A program made the position numbers and the translations under genes. A stretch of DNA of 64,000 nucleotides from Thermodesulfobacteriota bacterium. Lineage in GTDB: Bacteria > Desulfobacterota_D > UBA1144 > Nemesobacterales > UBA2774. Every line of letters begins with the position of its first letter. The first letter of the stretch is position 1. The stretch lies in the NCBI GenBank assembly GCA_965223335.1, contig OZ244991.1, positions 1,184,001 to 1,248,000 on the forward strand. The letters are read 5' to 3'. This document shows, piece after piece, positions 60,685-64,000 of the stretch. The notes beneath the pieces are model-generated. The model worked only from the letters and a program-made list of their open reading frames with translations, was not told the origin of the DNA and did not search any database.

Positions 60685-61690
60685 GAAGGTCAGAGACCAT
60701 GCCTTTGGTGTTTGAGTCTTTAACCTTAGAGAATATCATACGGCCCGTAGGAGTCTGGAGCACGCTTGTGACCGACACGTCTATCACATCACCCAGGTGT
60801 CGCTTGGCGTCGTCCACAACCACCATCGTACCGTCCTCTAGGTAACCTATACCCTGGTTTTGCTCTTTACCCTCTTTGACAACATGGATGCGCATGGTCT
60901 CGCCCGGGAGCACTACGGGCTTAAGCGCATTTGAGAGTTGATTTAGGTTCATGACCTTTACACTCTCGAGCCCTGCGACTTTGTTTAGGTTAAAGTCGTT
61001 TGTGATGATCACACCCTTTAGTTTTTTGGCGAGCTCTACTAGTTTTAGGTCGGCCTCTTTAATATTGGGGAAATCGTGGTTTGTGATTTTGACAGATACG
61101 TTGGGGATCTCTTTCTGCATGCGTTTTAGTACATCTAACCCCCTGCGCCCCCTAACCCTTTTAATCGGTTCTGAGGAGTCGGCAATGTGCTGAAGCTCCT
61201 TTATGATGAACTTGGGGATTATCATAGGGCCGTTTATAAAGCCTACCTCCGCAACGTCTGCAATCCTGCCGTCTATTATTACACTTGTGTCCAAGATCTT
61301 GGTCTCTACTTGGGTTTTGGGCTGAAATTTTCTGCCCGTGTGCTCGGCTCTTTTTCCCTTTGTGATCCCTATGGCAAGGCCCATGTGTATGAGGACCAAA
61401 AATATGGCACCGTAGAGATACGGGAGCACCGTATCGGGGATGCTGAGTTTAGAAATAAGTGTGACGGACGCAATAAAAAGTATAGAGGCTGCAGCTACAC
61501 CCAATGCAGCACCCACCATGGATTTTTGTGAAAATGATTTTGCCAGAAACTCCCCGGCCCACACAAGTCCTACTACCAGAGCACCGAAAACAAGCGCCAG
61601 AGCTGCTGCGATTACCAAGTTTGTGTTGGGGAATGAAATCCAAAAACCGGCTATTACACCGATAACAAAAAATAAAATTTTAAGCTTCAT
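60677..61690 (-). CDS. PIN/TRAM domain membrane protein (YacL-like)
   Basis: LDTSVIIDGRI, RGRRGLD, TNDFNLNKV, GYLEDGTMVVV; conserved position before ispD. Confidence 0.93.
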   Translation of the reverse strand: MKLKILFFVIGVIAGFWISFPNTNLVIAAALALVFGALVVGLVWAGEFLAKSFSQKSMVGAALGVAAASILFIASVTLISKLSIPDTVLPYLYGAIFLVLIHMGLAIGITKGKRAEHTGRKFQPKTQVETKILDTSVIIDGRIADVAEVGFINGPMIIPKFIIKELQHIADSSEPIKRVRGRRGLDVLKRMQKEIPNVSVKITNHDFPNIKEADLKLVELAKKLKGVIITNDFNLNKVAGLESVKVMNLNQLSNALKPVVLPGETMRIHVVKEGKEQNQGIGYLEDGTMVVVDDAKRHLGDVIDVSVTSVLQTPTGRMIFSKVKDSNTKGMVSDLRG

Positions 61691-61895
61691 TTCTTCCTCA
61701 CCTCTTTCCCTACCCCTCTTGCACGTCTATTAGTCAGGCTAAACAAATAGGATATAAAAACCACGCTCCCTAACACGCTAATATCCTTATTACTACTTAT
61801 AGTGTAAACAGTACTGTAACTAACTCAAATCATGTAATAAGTAATGCACACTGCTAACTAATTACAGCAAGAACAGTAGAGAAATATATTATGGT

Positions 61896-62432
61896 TTATG
61901 TATTACTGTTATTTACAATATCAATTATGTTTACGATCTCTTCCACCACTCTAATATACTTGCTCCTACCATGCCCGGGAGGTTTTGCACGGCCGTCTAC
62001 ACCTACGTCGCTTATAGTCTCGCCAGTGGTCTGGTCCACGAGTGTAACCCAAACCTGTATCGATCCCTTACCCTTATCTTTAAACCCCCTGTAAGCCATC
62101 TCGCAGTATTTACAACCGCGTGTATAACCAGTTACGGTCCCGTTTACGAGCAGTGTTCTGCCGTCGTAGTAGCCGTTTTGGCTCTCGGTACGGCTGATTA
62201 CCTTGAAGTTATTGCTCTTTTGCAGCTCCTCGGCAATCATATTGGCTATCTCTTCCCCCGAGTCTAGGGGTAGCCATTCCAGGTCGCTCATTCTAAAGTC
62301 GGGAACTACCACAACGTCATAACTAGCATAATTGGCATCGGGAGCTTTATGATAATTCACCGTAGACGGTGCACAACCGGCTGCGAAAACAATTGCAAAT
62401 ATTAATGTAAGTGAATTAAAACGAGATAACAT
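61896..62432 (-). CDS. Lipoprotein (DUF4410/CsgG-like fold)
   Basis: Lipobox AAGC; SD AGGAGG. Confidence 0.6.
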   Translation of the reverse strand: MLSRFNSLTLIFAIVFAAGCAPSTVNYHKAPDANYASYDVVVVPDFRMSDLEWLPLDSGEEIANMIAEELQKSNNFKVISRTESQNGYYDGRTLLVNGTVTGYTRGCKYCEMAYRGFKDKGKGSIQVWVTLVDQTTGETISDVGVDGRAKPPGHGRSKYIRVVEEIVNIIDIVNNSNT

Positions 62433-62629
62433 GAAAAACCTCCTGTAAAGATACCAACTGTTATATTGTATACGAATTTACAATTAGTGAAAGGGTGTGG
62501 GTGCTGTATATGGAAATAAATAGCGGTTATTCTATTTACTTCCACACAGATTCCTGTGATATTGTTGACAAGAGGACTGTGTATATAGAATATTACTATT
62601 CCCAAACGATTCCTTAACAAAACCCTCGT

Positions 62630-63382
62630 ATGAGAGTATGCACATTAGCAAGCGGGAGTTCAGGCAACTCCCTGTATATAGAGACCGGGAATACGAAATT
62701 ACTTGTAGACGCCGGGATAAGTCTTAGGCAGATAAGGCTTAGGCTCGCTATACTCGGAGTCGGGGTCGAGGAACTTGACGCTGTGGTGATTACACACGAG
62801 CACACCGATCACACCACTGCCATTAAAAACCTTAGAGTACCTGTATATGTAGCGGAGGCTACAGAGCATTTATGGCAGGGCGCTGTACAGAGTCTAAGGA
62901 GCTTTGCAAGCGACTCGGCGTTTAGTATAAAAGAGGCTTTAATCACGCCGTTTTCGGTGCCTCACGATGCACTGGACCCTGTGGGGTTTACAGTAGAGTG
63001 CGGCGGCCAAAAAGTAGGTATAGCAACTGATATCGGAACCGATACGGCACTTGTGCGCGAGAGGTTAACGGGTGTGAATATACTCGTGTTGGAGTTTAAT
63101 CACGATAAAGAGATAATCCCCCAAAGCCCTTACCCATGGGAGCTAAAACAGAGGATACAAAGCAGGTTGGGTCACCTGTCTAACCAGCAGGCCTCTGAGC
63201 TCTTGGGCAGTCTGATGCACACCGGTTTGCGACATGTGGTGTTGGCACACTTAAGCGAGGTAAACAACACTCCCGAGGCTGCGTATAGTGCAGCTTTGTC
63301 AAAGGTGGAGAAAAACGGTGGGGTAAATACAACCATAACCCTTGCCCCGCGAAAACAGATAGGGGAGGTACTCGAGATTTGA
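62630..63382 (+). CDS. MBL-fold metallohydrolase (YycJ/WalJ-like)
   Basis: LASGSSGN, THEHTDH, HDA, GHLSN, HLS..NN. Confidence 0.92.
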   Translation: MRVCTLASGSSGNSLYIETGNTKLLVDAGISLRQIRLRLAILGVGVEELDAVVITHEHTDHTTAIKNLRVPVYVAEATEHLWQGAVQSLRSFASDSAFSIKEALITPFSVPHDALDPVGFTVECGGQKVGIATDIGTDTALVRERLTGVNILVLEFNHDKEIIPQSPYPWELKQRIQSRLGHLSNQQASELLGSLMHTGLRHVVLAHLSEVNNTPEAAYSAALSKVEKNGGVNTTITLAPRKQIGEVLEI

Positions 63383-64000
63383 TTCCCAGATACTCAAGAC
63401 CCGAGATGGTAGCCATATGGACCGATGAGAGTAAGTACGCAAACTGGCTTAAGGTAGAGCTGGCGGTTGCTGAGGCGTGGTCTAAAAATGGTCAGATCCC
63501 TGCCGATGCACTTGGCGTGATCAAAGAAAAGGCCTCTTTTGATGTAGAGCGCATAAACGAACTCGAGCGCGAGCTAAAGCACGATGTGATTGCGTTTTTG
63601 ACCTCTGTTGCGGAATTTATAGGCCCTGAGTCAAGGTTCGTACACCTGGGACTCACTTCATCGGATGTGCTCGACACCGCACTGGCACTCCAGCTAAGGG
63701 ACGCCGGGGCTATCTTGGTTGCGGATATCGAAGTGGTATTAGAGACCCTAAAAGAAAAAGCGTACAAATACAAAGACACACCTATGATAGGGCGTACTCA
63801 CGGTATTCATGCCGAGCCCAAAACACTCGGGCTTGTGTTTGCGCTATGGTACGACGAGATGAAGAGGAACCTGGGGCGTATGCAGAGCGCCGTGGATGTT
63901 ATTAGTGTGGGTAAGATCTCGGGTGCAGTGGGTACTTTTGCCAATGTGCCCCCGCACATAGAGGCTGAGGCATGCGGGCTGCTCGGACTTAAACCGGCTA
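63379..64000 (+). CDS. purB: Adenylosuccinate lyase, runs off the window end; not in the ORF track
   Basis: TTG start, MIPRYSRPEM...HDVIAF...HLGLTSSDVLDT...GRTHGIHAEP...SGAVG. Confidence 0.95.
   Translation, partial: MIPRYSRPEMVAIWTDESKYANWLKVELAVAEAWSKNGQIPADALGVIKEKASFDVERINELERELKHDVIAFLTSVAEFIGPESRFVHLGLTSSDVLDTALALQLRDAGAILVADIEVVLETLKEKAYKYKDTPMIGRTHGIHAEPKTLGLVFALWYDEMKRNLGRMQSAVDVISVGKISGAVGTFANVPPHIEAEACGLLGLKPA

Noticed and set aside
1..64000. CRISPR array, IS elements, prophage genes
   Set aside because: No regularly spaced long repeats, transposase, integrase or phage structural genes recognised

Overview
Gene-dense bacterial chromosomal window of mostly housekeeping and accessory metabolic genes. 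The organism looks like a deltaproteobacteria-like or Ca. Dadabacteria-like aerobe; this is an impression from gene content and is unverified. Recognisable genes include thrS-infC-rpmI-rplT, argH, clcA, treT, kefFC, msrB, trxA, nrdJ, a group-2 sigma factor, sodA, comEC, PIN/TRAM-ispD-ispF, a partial purB and one tRNA-Met. I see no CRISPR array, rRNA, integrase or transposase. The most notable items are: (1) a ~3 kb cluster at 8.5-11.7 kb with five arrays of TTAACA-like hexamers at 11-bp period (Pho-box architecture), placed before a PAP2-like phosphatase, a degenerate PhoU, an MJ1255-family glycosyltransferase and two candidate sRNAs; (2) two more promoter-plus-terminator sRNA candidates at 39.6 and 50.2 kb; (3) a 3' half of tRNA-Val with arm-like repeats, suggesting the end of an island lying upstream of the window; (4) a MarR-SDR-(QueG-like Fe-S + SCP2) operon with two copies of a candidate operator; (5) a GET3/ArsA ATPase divergent from an unannotated 48-aa single-TM protein; (6) three genes that appear to need non-canonical starts; (7) a ZIP-transporter pseudogene. 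All family calls come from motif recognition by eye, not from database searches.
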